From the human T2T-CHM13v2.0 reference genome, Homo sapiens, in the NCBI RefSeq assembly GCF_009914755.1, contig NC_060938.1: a stretch of 64,000 nucleotides of DNA; one strand, given 5' to 3'. The position numbers and the translations under genes are program-made. The notes under the pieces are model-generated. The model saw only the letters and a program-made list of their open reading frames with translations, did no database searches and was not told the origin of the DNA. The stretch's first letter is position 1. Each line of letters starts with the position of its first letter. Shown here piece after piece: positions 1 through 28,985 of this stretch.

Positions 1-1600
1 GATAAGAAAATCAGAGAATCAAATCCAGTGGTCCAAAATCCAAAACAATAAGAGCTCTAGAAAGAGAGAGCAATAACATGGAAGTTATCAAGTAAATAAT
101 AGAAAAAAATTTCTTGAACTGAAATATATGAATCTTCAGATTCCAATAGTCCATCAAATATCTAGCACAATGAATAAAACCAGATCCACACCAAGTCTCA
201 TCAGAGACATTTCAGAATACTAGCAATAAGGAAAAGATGTCAAAAGCTTCCAGAGAGGAGAAGAAAAAAAGGCAACTTACAAAAGCACTGGGCTGGGCAC
301 GGTGGCTCATGCCTGTAATCCCAGCACTTTGGAGGGTCGAGATAGGCAGATTGTGTGAGCCCAGGAGCTCGAGACCAGCCTGGACAACGTGGTGAAACTC
401 CATCTCCATAAAAATTAGAAGAATTAGCCAGCTCTGGTGGTGTGCACCTGTAGTGCCAGCTACTCAGGAGGCTGAGGTGGGAGGATTGCTTGAGCCTGGG
501 GAGGTCAAGGCTGCAGTGAGCCGTGATTGCACCACTACACTCCAGCCTGGGCAACAAAGTGAGACCTTGTCTTTAAAAAAACAAACAACAACAACAACAA
601 AAAGAACTGGAGTAAGATTTCTGGCATCAGATTCCTTAACAGCATATGGCAAGCTAAGCAGGAAGAGCAATACCTTTAACAATTCCAAGGGAAAATGATT
701 TCCACTCTAGAATTTAATACCCAGGGATGAGATGATACAATCACTCAAATTAGGATAATCTGAGGAGGATTTGATAATGGGCTATCTCAAAAAGTGAGAA
801 AATACTGCCGAACTCAAAGGCTAGCAACAGCAGAGCTGTTACCATCACTAGACCCAAGAAAAGATGGGAAGTAGTGGCTCCCAGGATTCAGAAGGAACAG
901 ATCATGAAAGAGGGCTGTCTTGAGTGGAGGAGTGACTTTCAATAGAGAGCTGTGGTCAGCCAAGGAGGCCCTAATAGAGTGATTGATGGAATAATTATCC
1001 TGTCCTCACTCTCCCTCTGCCCTAGAGATTGGCTGAACTCAAGCAGCAGCCAGATGGCAAGATAACCAGAGTAACAGAGTCGCTAAAGCTCAGCCTCCTG
1101 GGAGCAGAAACCAGAGTGGAGAAGGGCAGAAAGCGGTTCTAGACAGGCAAAACAAAAATATCCAGCACACCGGCCAAACCACCAGCCGGTTCTGAGTATG
1201 AAGGAAAAACATTTCAGAAATATGAAAGCTCACCTCTCATGTACCAAGAACTTCAGCAGAATTAGTTAATATGATAAAGAATACATGGAATCCAACCAAG
1301 GGGCTCAAACTAAGAAAGCAAGTGAGGGAACCTTCAGGACGACAACTGTGTCTCTTGCCTAGAGAGCAATTCATCCAGATTTTAGAAGAAGGATGGAAGG
1401 TGAGAAAGCAAAGCTCCAAGTTGAATAAATGAACTGACAGATGATCATATGCACTGAAGTACTGGTAAAATTTGGTAGGCATTTGACAAATATTTTGCAG
1501 TATTTGGAAAGAAATAGCAATGAATACATAGAAAACTAAAATGAGAAAAAAATTATTAATCCAAGTAAAACAAAAATTGTAGAGAGAATAATCATGTATA
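1..1600 (+). mobile_element. Old L1 (L1M/HAL1-like) ORF1-region remnant interrupted by an Alu and a probable MaLR fragment (~725-1168)
   Basis: A-rich degenerate L1 ORF1-like sequence that resumes after each insertion. Confidence 0.5.
291..602 (+). mobile_element. Alu (AluJ-like) with (CAA)n tail
   Basis: GGCTGGGCACGGTGGCTCATGCCTGTAATCCC dimer. Confidence 0.92.
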
Positions 1601-2326
1601 GAGAAAAACCATGAAAAGCCATCCAGAGATCGATCCAAAAAATAATCTCTAGGAAAGACCCATCATTTGGATACTTGCCCCACTTTTGGAACTTATGGCT
1701 AGTGTTAGAAAGCAATAGCATCCAAAGAATAGCAACCTTCTTTCCAGCAACATGTGTATGCTTACATAATCTTTAACCTGTTTCCTTCCTCTCCTCCCCA
1801 ACACCAAGGGGATAAGAACATGGCAGTACAAGAGAGCAGGGCATGAGGACATGGGCTTCCCCAGCCCCTTCACCCAGAGCTAAAAGTTTAGCCTGTGCTG
1901 AGGAAAGAGGTTTCAGTCAAATATGAGACTGAATTTTTAAAATGAACAGAAGTGAATTTTAGTAACAGAAAAGGCACTTTTAAAAACCGAATGACTGGAA
2001 TATCATGGAACTATTATATCATGAAGAAGGCTCTAACCAGAGCAAAAAGAGAGGTTTGACAGAGAATAGAAATAGCAGCTTTTGAAAAACAACTAAAACA
2101 ATGTTGTTACACTATTCTGTTTAAGAGCCCTCAATCAGACCAATTACAGAAATTAGAGTATTAGATGAAGGTAAATGCTATGTAGATGTGATGGTGATGG
2201 TGAATGTGTTGCTACCTTAGGTTGTATGTTCAGGAAAATCCCCTATGAGAGGCAACCTTTAAGCTCAGTTCAGAATGAAGGAGCCAGCTACAGGAATATT
2301 GGGGGGAAGCATGAGGGGAGAGTGGG

Positions 2327-4872
<2,546 letters not shown>

Positions 4873-5791
4873 CTGCAAAGTAGTTGAACAAGGGACCCTG
4901 GCCAAGATGGTAGCCTGGAGGAACAAGGTGACTACAACAGAGAGGCAACTGCTAGAAGCCAAGAGCTGGCAGGGGTAGTTGTAAAGCTACTAGCCAGAGG
5001 AGGCATGACCCAAGTCAAGGAACTTGCAGCCAAAATTCCGAATGAGGGTATCAGCAAGGAACCCACAAGAGCACCCCATGGAAGAAATCTGCTAGTATTT
5101 GACGTTGGCCACATTCAGAGGCCCCAACTCCAGATGACAACTGTACCAGGCTAATAAGTCCTTTTTTCTGTTCACTTAGGTTGCCCCTCCTCCTCCAACC
5201 CCAGAGAAACCAGAGACAACTAGCAACGGGAGAGCAAGGAGCAGCAATAATGAGGGATAGACCACATCTCATTCTCCACTGTGGATTCCCAACATGAAGC
5301 ATATTTTTAAAGAAAGTGGGATGGAGGAGAGGATGGGGCAAGGGAGAGAGCTTTAAAGAAAGTAAGATATTGAAGTTTTAACATTAGACTAGACTGGAAT
5401 TTTTGTTACCTGAAAAGAAAATGAGTCTAATTCTGTAATACTTAAGGCTGACCAGAAAGACTCTGAGACCAGAGAATTCCTCCAGAGACAGGGAAAGATA
5501 ATCAAAACCACAGAGTTCTCTGGGTGATACAATTTTTTCTTCTTTTTGCTTATTTGCATTTTCTGATTTTTCTCTAATGATATTTGTTGTTTAAAAATTT
5601 TCTTTTTGTTACTGCTTTTTTAAAAAAGGTACTATATTTAGTTCAACAAACAACAGACTTCATGGTTTACATGGCCTTTGGGGTGATTTTTGAAGGCTGT
5701 TGATTTTGGCAGGCAGCGGCAGCAGCATAGGGAGAAAAGTGCTTCTGTTGGTGGAGGAAGATGAGGCTCAGGACATGTTTGTATAAAAGGT

Positions 5792-6284
5792 TGTATTAGT
5801 CAGGGTTCTCCAGAGAGACAAAACCAACAGGATAGATAGATGATTGATTGATAGAGGATAGGTAGATAGATAGATAGGATTTGTTAAGTAAACTGGCTCA
5901 CACAATTGTGGAGGCTGGAAAGTCCCAAGACAGGCTTTCTGCAAGTTGGAGACCCTGGGATGCTGATAGCGTGGCTCCAGCCAAGTCTGAAGGCCTCAGA
6001 ACCTGGGAAGCCAGTGGTGTAACTCTCAGTCTGAGGCTGAAGGCCTGAAAACCCAGGAAGCCACTGGTGTAAGTCTTAGAGTCCAAAGTCCAGGGAACCT
6101 GGAATTCTTGTCCAAGTATGGGAGAGGAAGGGTGCATACCAGCTCCACCGGGTAGACTGGCATATTTGCCTTTTCTGTTTTTGTTCTTTCCAGGGCCCCA
6201 GCAGATTGGATGGTGCTTACCCACACCGAGGGTGGATCTTCCTCCACTACTCCACTCAGATGCCGTCTAAAATTAACCATCACA
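5792..6284 (-). mobile_element. MLT2 (ERVL) solo LTR with internal (GATA)n
   Basis: Minus strand reads TGTGATGGTTAAT...GGAGAACCCTGACTAATACA. Confidence 0.85.
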
Positions 6285-6596
6285 TTTGTTTAGGCTTATT
6301 GCAAATGTAGGGAACAGTGACAGATGAAACCAGAGGTAGCACTGTAGTTAGGCACTTTTGTACACAAGTAAACAGACATGCCCAGGTTAACAGGTAATGG
6401 AAGGCTTCTGCTAAGGACGGACATGCAGAGAAACCCAGAAAAAGCTGACCAACCAAGCCTCAGAAAAAGGGGACAATGAGGAGTGGCCTTGTATCAAAGG
6501 AGGCTCTAGAAACCTAAAAGGTAGGAGTCGGGCTCCTCAATTTGGGCCTTCATCTTTAACATGATCCAGCTACTCTCTGCATGCCTGCTTTATTCT

Positions 6597-6888
6597 TTTT
6601 TTGAGACAGGGTCTCACTCTGTTGCCCAGATTGGAGTGCAGTGGCACGATCTTGGCTCACTGAAGCCTCTGCCTCCCGGGTTCAAGTGACTTTCATGCCT
6701 CAGCCACTCAAGCAGCTGGGATTACAGGCATGCATCACCGCGCCTGGCTACTTTTTTTTGTAGTTTTAATAGACATGCGGTTTTGCCACGTTGGCCAGGC
6801 TGGTCTCGAACTCCTGAACTCAAGCAATCTTCCTGCTTGGGCTTCGCAAAGTGTTGGGATTACAGGCGTGAGCCATTGCATCTGGCCA
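6597..6888 (-). mobile_element. Alu
   Basis: Alu consensus; TSD GCCTGCTTTATTCT at 6583 and 6890. Confidence 0.92.
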
Positions 6889-7206
6889 AGCCTGCTTTAT
6901 TCTACACTATCCCAGCTGGCATCTTCTTTCCCTCTTCTCCATCTATTGGCATTCTTTCAAGGTCAGCCAGCTCGCACTGCTATCTGCCTCACTCAAGAAA
7001 GTGATTGGCCCAACTTGTTGTTTGATATCAGTCTGGCAACATCATAGAGGCTGGCTGCCCTTGGGTTCAACTAGCTGGGGCTGAAAATATCAATAGAGTC
7101 CTATGTGTACTGAGGGTGGGGAGGAGGCTTAGAACAGGAAAGTACAGCCAGGTGCAGGGGCATTTCCACCTAACAAAGGGTTGTGGGCGTATTTAGCCTT
7201 AGCTGT

Positions 7207-7509
7207 TGCTATGGTCTGAAGATGTCCTCCAAAATTCATGTGTTGGAAACTTAATCCCCCATGCAACAGTGTTGGACGATGGAGCTTTATGGGAAAAACC
7301 TTCATGACCGGACTGATGCCGCCACAGAAAGGACTTTCAAGAGGGGGTTCACCCCTTTCTTGTGAGGATGCACCAAGAAAGCCCTTGCCAGATGCCAGTA
7401 GCTTGATCTTAGACTTTCCAGCCTCCAGAACTATGAGAAATAAACTTCTGTTCTTTATACATTACCCAGTGTCAGGTGTTGTTACAGCAGCACAAAACGG
7501 ACTAAGACA
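7207..7509 (+). mobile_element. MaLR (MST-type) solo LTR
   Basis: TGCTATGGTCTGAA...GGACTAAGACA termini. Confidence 0.82.
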
Positions 7510-7875
7510 ACCGTGCAGTGCATGTAAGAAATGGGCCGAAATGTGAAGAGCCTTAAATTCCAGAGTAAGAGAATCTATACTTAGTAACAGTGACTTTGGA
7601 AGTCACACTCTCTCCTCCTGCTTTGTCTGATTTGCATGGTGGCATTTGGATATGCAACCAAGGCGTTCTTTCCTTCCTATAATTAAAAGAGGGCAGCAAC
7701 CTCAGCAGGGAGCTTTCACACAGCCTAGGGGTAGATCTCAAGTAGAAGATAAGAGGATTATCTGTGAAAACTCCCTAGTGCTCAGCAGTAACATCTTTAA
7801 TTGGCTCCCCAACAGTTAAAACTACACTATACAAGGATACAATATCCACTCAGGGTGTACCCTCATGCAAATGAG

Positions 7876-8899
<1,024 letters not shown>

Positions 8900-9657
8900 A
8901 GAGTGCGCCCAGGTTCAGAGGCTAAGTGCTTACAAATGCTTCTTGCTGCTGAAAAGTGAAAAGGACAAAAAGACAATAGGTATTATTTAGTGAAGGTGAA
9001 AAAATTTAAGAGCTGGCTGTTTGAGTAGGTTAAGTGGCCAAATTTGATAAATAAGGAAGATATAAATGTTCCCATGCTTGGGCCAATTTTCCTTGTGAAA
9101 TTCTTAAAGACAGGAAGGCATAAACTACTCCTTTCACAATCATAACAAATTGTGACTATTACAACATACACAATCACAAGTACATGGCAAACTCTAAAAA
9201 CTATGTTATTAGTGATTTGTATTCATTCAGTAGATACCTATTGAACATATACCATATAGTACAGTTGGTAATAAAGGTAGGACGGGTTGTCAATGGGTGT
9301 TTAATACATAGTGATAAGCTATATTCAATTAAAAAAACCTTCAATTTGATTTCTTACGAAGTATACAGCTCTCCTAACTTCGAATTCTCCCTTTGAAAGC
9401 AAGCGTTCATTGTTTGAAATAGCTCTGTCTGTCCCTACTACTGTTTACTGACATTTTCTACATTTTAGCATCAGACCAAGTTTTAGAAATTTTTATAACT
9501 TGATTATCTTCTCCTTCCACCAAGCTGCCAAATGACTTGTTTATTTTGCCTCTCAGTTTGTCCAGATAAAGTTTATGGCTCACACAAATCTAGCCAGGTA
9601 CATACCAGTAACTCCAAAGGGGGAAAGAGGTGAGTAAAAAAAGAAAAGCTGGAAGTC

Positions 9658-12600
9658 TTTTAATGTTAACATTTTATTTAAACCAGTACAAGCACCATGC
9701 TTAACAAAAGACTGTCCAAAATAAACATGCAATATGAACTAGCAGAGACTGAAACCACAGCTTAAGGAGTTGTGTCAGTTGTTGGTTTTGTTAAACGATG
9801 ACAGAGAACTGTTAAAATTCACAAGACTAAACCATTAATGTTTCAAGCCTCCTGAATGAGATTATCTTGGACCATCTAAATCAGTGGGAACTGCCCTGGC
9901 ATGTTAATGATCTCAAACAATATTCAAGTAATTATATTTATATGAATTATAATCCAAAAAGCAATAAAATACAATTTCTATCACAAGTTTACTGTATATG
10001 AGCACTGATTTGAAATGTCAAATGGCATAATAAAAACAAATTTCTCAAGAATATTCAGCTTGGGAGCATTGGTTTTAAGCGGTCTAGAAGATTACTACAT
10101 TCTTCCAGAAATACAAAATAAGATTTGTCCAGAAATGTTTGAAACACATCCTCACAAAAGTTGTAATGGCTCAAACTCTATAAATTCCAGTATTATCAGT
10201 CTATTGAACAAATAGGGAAAGCAACCATAGTAAGAATACTTGAATTGATAGAATATGAGTTACTCTCTACTTCCACCAAATATCAGCATTTAAACTCTTA
10301 TGAAAATATCTATTCATCACTAGTCCACATATGGATTAATGACATTGCTCAGGTTTTAAAAGCAGTCCAAACATTTTTTAAGTACACCTTCCTTAATATC
10401 TATATGGGTTGGGGGGAACAGCCAAATTTAATTTGGCAATAAACTCCCCTAACTGGAAATTTTTAGCTAAAGTGTCAGACAAGGATACAGTTTATGGCTA
10501 CATTTGACTCCTGAAAATAGGAGATAAAAAAGGAGGGAAAAGTGCTGACACACATTTTGCCACACAGATTATTTAGTAATGACAGTAAAAAATTTAGCAA
10601 CACACACTTAAACAAGAGTATGTTTAACTGCACTAGGCATTTAGTAAACTTTTAGAACTAGACAATTTGAACATTTTAGAAGTCAATTAAACAAAAACAG
10701 TCAACCAACTTTTTTCCTAATATAATTGCGTCAATACCAGAACAAAGTGATCACTATTCAAAACTCAGACATTTTGGAATTTCAGCATAGTAACCTGAGA
10801 AGTTTTCTTCGTATGTATTTTTGTTGTCATGGAAACCACACTAAATAATACTGTGATTACCAGTTGGTTCTATTTTGACATTAGATGCTATGCAGAACTT
10901 ATGCAGGGCCAAAAATTTCAAAACTAACACTGACTTAGAAGACCACGAAGGAGGATCCCAGGAAAAAAGTTGCTGCTAAAAAGGACTCAGATTTAAGGCT
11001 GAATGGGAATGGTTGTACCAGAAAGATAACGGAATGTAAAAACTGGAATTATGAAATCTGGAGTTATTATTTGGGAAATGGCAGAAAAAAAGACAGTAAA
11101 TACGAAACATACTTGAAAAGAACAATGCAAAATTTAGTAAGATGAAAGGGAAATCTATATAAATGTTTGAGAACATTTTAGAGCACGGGATTTGTAAATT
11201 TCCCCATAGGACAGATGGAATAAAAATGTCCTACTGATCCTCTAACCTCAATCTGTTGTCTTGCCAAAAACATGTTATTAATTAGGAGTCAGACAAGCTC
11301 AAAAAAGCATGGTTTATCACAGCTCTTTGCTCCTGTTAAAGACAGTAGCGGAACTAAGAGTGCTAACGTTATGGCAGGTCAATATTATCTGACATTATGG
11401 AGGACCTCCAAATTTAAAAATAAGCAAAACTAAAACATGCAAGACAAAATAAGGAACTTCATTAAAAAATACATTCTTGCAGCACTAGTTTCTCTTACTG
11501 CTGCAAAACAGGTGAAACAAAACCTCATTTCCTTCATTCAAAAACATTAAAAACACTCTCCACTCACTTGGATTACATGTGCATTCCTACAGAATTATAT
11601 GCATGTTATTCTCCAATATCAAAATACCTGTTTAAAGAATTTTTAAACTTCCTGGGTGAGTTTTCTCTTCTCTCTGGAAATTGGAATAAAGAATCTTTTC
11701 CCTCCAAGAACCAAAACAAACACCTACTCTAGCACTTCCTCATCTCCAACTTTCTATTGCTTCCTGACTTCTAAATTAGTGAAGCCAAACAGTGTTGGGA
11801 ACAGAAGATGTTCTATTCAATATCGCAAAAATTCCAACTATCTTTACTTCTCACAGAAACCTCAAAAATAAAATGCAAAGAACATATGAATGGAAAACAT
11901 GCCAAAATTTAAATTTTGCTAGTTTTGAGATGACTAAGATATTCTTAATATAAGAATACACTCACCAAGTTTGGTTAGTTTTTAGAGTCTCTAGACCTAT
12001 TATCAAATTAATGTTCAATGGTTACTTATGTATTTGTTTTTACAAGTATGCCAAATATCAGAATCCTCGCTTTATGCCAAGAGTACCATCATCTAACAAG
12101 ACTGGTTTAGTTAACTATTCAGGCATCCAGTTCAGAATATCTTCTGACATTTAGGATATAAGATGTGATTGCTATTGAAGTGTTAATGTTATTAACTATG
12201 GCCAAAGTTTTAAGATAATTTTTTCCTATGGCACAAAACTAACCACAAGTATACCCAAAATTATAACTCTCGACTGCCATATATTCACCAATGCAAGCAG
12301 ATAGTTGGAATTTTTAAAATATGAAGTTGATTTTATTACAAATTTCAGATATACACATTAGAAAATTATTTTATTTGGACCCTTTAAAAAAGTATTAATT
12401 TCACCAAATGTGGAATACTGGCAGTGTAAAAGTCTTAAACTAACTTTAAAGCTAACAAATCAAAGGCACAGTATTAACACATTTAAAATAATTAGTGTTC
12501 ACAGGACATTGAGGTGCTTTATAAATAAAGTGTTATTAACCTAGATTCAAAACTGTCTAGAAATGACATAAAAGGAATGAAGCCCTTGATTATTACAACC

Positions 12601-13259
12601 CACCAATTTCTAAGACTAAGATGCTATAAGGAGAAAAGCTAACAGTCATAATTCTATCATAAAATCTAACTCCCGACCTTAAAAATGAGTGACTGATGAA
12701 CATAGTTTCTAGACTTGATTAAAAAGATACAGGAAACCAAAGAAGATACAGAATTCATCAATGTACTTGTAATACAGGTTACACTAAATTATTCATGGCT
12801 CAATACTGGGTCACTCAAGTCTTTGACCCCAAATGAATTTCAATGATTTGACAAGTGATAATACGCTATTTTCATAAATAAACTGCTAATATCCAGTATT
12901 TGTCAAAAGGAGGCAACTGTTGTCTCTCACAATCTAATATATCCACTTTCCAATGGTGTCTGTAAATAGTAACAAATTCCGAACCATAAGTTATAGAAAT
13001 TAGTCACAAGAGTGCAAAAAGTCCCTGGAGAAAAGTAGTCCACCTAACAATTACCAATATAAGGAAACACTTTACAAAGTTTCATTACTATGAAGATGAT
13101 TTCCTCTTTGTTCAAATTTTGCACAAATGAAGAATTTTTCTTTACTGCAGGAAACAAACTGTAAGTAACAGTGCATTTTTAGGCATAAATAAGTATTTAT
13201 GTCTGATTCCAGTATGGTCAGGTTAATACATAAATACTTTAGAAACACAGAAGTTCACA
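9658..13259 (-). other. GMFB: GMFB 3'UTR (~3.6 kb)
   Basis: AT-rich unique sequence after the stop, ending at AATAAA with a U-rich downstream element; end position approximate. Confidence 0.8.
9673..9678 (-). terminator. GMFB: Distal poly(A) signal AATAAA of GMFB
   Basis: tttatt on plus strand; minus-strand downstream element CTTTTCTTTTTTTAC at ~9635-9649. Confidence 0.75.
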
Positions 13260-24094
<10,835 letters not shown>

Positions 24095-24594
24095 TTTCCT
24101 TCCGGCCGTCAGCGGCCTGTCGCCTTCACTCGGGCGCCTTTAAGAATGGCACGGCGGCCGCCTCCCTTCCTGCCCCGGCGCCTGGCCCAGTCGCCCCCAC
24201 CTATCAACGCGGCCTCAGCGGGCCGGCACGTGATGGCGGACGGCAAAAGGCGCGGCTCAAAATTAGACAGAATGCGATCGCCTGATTTTTTTTTTTTTTT
24301 TTTTTTCTTTTCCCTGCTCCCTCTAGAGGAGGACGCTCTGCCTGGCTGCAAGTGAGAAACAAACCCAAGGTGCATACTTAAAAGTCATGCCAGTTCTCCG
24401 GACCTTTTTCGCAGTCTTCAAGCTCTGAGAGCATGTTAATGGTGACATCAATGTTTTCAATGGTAAATGTGTGTACTGACCGCAGCCTACCTTCCAAATT
24501 TGATCTCCCTCAAATCTAGGCACACCTCCTTTCCTCCCACCCTCTCCAGAACCCCACTTCTGACCACGGCTGCCTTCCAGGACTTGGTTAATCA

Positions 24595-24595
24595 A

Positions 24596-24631
<36 letters not shown>

Positions 24632-24735
24632 CCTCCCCCTTTCCCTCTCTCTCTTACACACATTTCTTCTCTCTCACACACACACACATTTCTTCTCTCT
24701 TCTCTCACACACACACATTTCTTCTCTCTCTCTCT
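24595..24735. repeat. Compound (CT)n/(CA)n microsatellite replacing an Alu tail
   Basis: Seen directly. Confidence 0.9.
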
Positions 24736-25011
24736 CGTCTCGCTCTGTTGCCCAGGCTGGAATGCAGTAGCACGATTATAGCTCACAGCAGCCTCAAACT
24801 CCTGGGTTCAAGCAATCCTCCTACCTCAGCCTCCCCAGTAGCTGGGACTACAGCCGTGTGCCACCACACACCCGGCTAATTTTTAAATTTTTTTGTAGAG
24901 ATAGAGTCTCCCTATATTGCCCAAGCTGGTCTTGAACTCCTGGCCACAAACAGTCTTCCTGTGTGCCTCCCAAAGCGCTGGGATCACAGGCGTCAGCCAC
25001 CATGCCCAGCC
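24736..25011 (-). mobile_element. AluJ
   Basis: Alu consensus with J-type diagnostics. Confidence 0.9.
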
Positions 25012-26368
25012 TCTTTTCTCCATACAAGTTATTTATTGAAGTATGAATGAATGATGATTGGTGTTTCAATGAGCACTCTTATGGGCCACTGCCTAAGTAA
25101 ACATCAAGAAGTCTCTGTACCAGATGCAGACTTAGTGGAACAAGTCCAGTTTTGAATGCATGAAGAAAGTGGTTTGGGAGAAGTAAAGTTTAGGCTCTAG
25201 GATTCAACAGGTACCTTCAATAAAACAAACTGCCTGGGGCAGTACCTCATTTTGTTATGACCATGGGTTCTTGGTCTCTCAATGCAAATTGACCTGAGGC
25301 CAAAAGAGTTTCTCCAGGCAAGGCTTCATTGGAGCTTATGCCGGAGCATAAGGGAGGCAGCATAAGAGAATGAGAGAATTCCCTGACTGACTCTCCTAAA
25401 AGAGCACAACAAATTAGGGGTAGTTTATGCAGGTCAGCATTATCTGTTTGCCAGGGTTGTCTTGAGTAATGGGCCACCCGATGGTCTGGTTTGCGGCAAC
25501 AAGGCTGTGAATCAATTGTTCAACATTCCTCTCCAAGGTGGGACACTCTCAACCTTGGTTATCTCCTAAGGCCAGTCATTGGAATTCTTTAAATAAAAGG
25601 ACTATTAGCAGTAAGGTAGTGGTGTGGGTTTGTCATGAGTGGAAATGCATGAAAAAAATGCTCTAGTGTGGGTGAGCTGAAGCCAAGCCCCATTTCTACT
25701 GTTTTTCATTTCCCCTTATAAGATTTTACCTTCCTTATTCTTAAGGAGAAAGGGCCAAAGATCTTATCTTCTAAAGCTACTTCCTGCTGAACAGGGTTGT
25801 CATCCCTGCTTAACCCCGGGGGGCATGGAAATCTCTCACCGACTGTTCTACAGACTTGAAGGGACTTGGAATAGTTGAAGCCTGGAAGACATAAACTTTA
25901 ACAACTGTACCCCTATTGAATATAACAAATAATTATTTTAAAAGCCAAATAGCACCCAGTGATAACTAATAAAATGCTTAAGCTCAGTTTAATAATGATT
26001 GTAGGAAGAGATTAGATGCCATTTGGAATCTAAGTGAATAGTCTCCTGTTGTCTGAAATATAAGGCAACAGACTTTTAATAAGAGGCATTTCTATGGAAA
26101 CAGAAGAAAAACAAACGTTAATGGTTGGTATAATCTATCCAGATGTTAGACTCAAAGCATCTTTAGTTACAGAGGAGGAAGGCAGTGGCAATGTGACATG
26201 TTCTTCTTGCTTGTATCACAAGAAATAAGCTTCAGCTTGCAGGGCCTCAGAAAAAAAGGTAGTAGGAATTCTATTGAGTATAAGTCAGAAAAATGGGAGA
26301 AAAATTTGAAAACATTATTTTGGAGACTTGTAGCCCAGAAAGGTTTTAAGATCAAATCCAAATTGTAG

Positions 26369-26681
<313 letters not shown>

Positions 26682-27045
26682 AGAAAATAATATTTTAAAA
26701 ATACTCAAACACAACAGACAAGACTAGAGTCTACCAGCAGGTGTATTATAATATTTCTCTCTCCAGTCTCTCATTTTTATCAGAGACGAATCAAGGTAGG
26801 ACCAATTTGTAAAATAAGTTTTAGTTTTATTATACTTGGCCTTATTATGTGTATAAAGTGCAGCAAGAATAATTATCTTTTAAATTGGCTTTGTTGGAAC
26901 TTTTTCCATAAGGAATCTCAGATGAGACTTTTTAAAGCCTTGAGCAGGCTGGGCTGCAAATACCTGTATAAACTGGGTGAATTCCTCTCCTCTGGACATC
27001 CCAGGATAACTTGGAGCTTCTGGGCCTGTTAGAAAGTGACATTCT

Positions 27046-27389
<344 letters not shown>

Positions 27390-27634
27390 CTATGAGGCCA
27401 GTTTTCCTAAAGGACTCTTATGGGCTCTATAAGTCAACTTTGATTCCCTAGTCTATTTATATTTGAAAGCATGTCATTTCAGTGAAAGCCTTGGTAAAAT
27501 AACCAGTGTTTCCAATTGTGTTCTGTTATCAAAGAAACAGATTCTTATTGCAATTATGCAAATAATTATGCAAATAACTGTATTGCCATAAGTTAAGAAT
27601 ACTCAGGAATAGTTTCCAAATTCTGGAGAAGTCA

Positions 27635-27835
<201 letters not shown>

Positions 27836-28214
27836 TCACAGGATTATACCTTACTCAATTGTTAAAAGCCGTAAAAAGCTCAAAAGAAAAAAAAAGTTTT
27901 CTTGACTCCAAAAATCAAAAGGATCAGCAACAGTTCAAGCAAAAAGTCATAAAATGATTGTTTTAATCTTTTATTAGTTCAGTCCACGTAATTAACTTCT
28001 GCTCTTGATATTTGACACCTTAGCTCTCCAAGAGAGCCCTGGAAGTTTTTCCCTCTATTCTAATGACCCACTCTCCAAAGTGATCAGAGAACTATATTTA
28101 AGAGTATCCAGTCTTATAGCTGATTATAAACTGCCTTTTGAAAAGGATCAAAACAAAATAACAGACCAAGTGAGGTGGCTCAAGCCTGTAGTTCCAGCAC
28201 TTTGGGAGGCCAAG

Positions 28215-28985
<771 letters not shown>

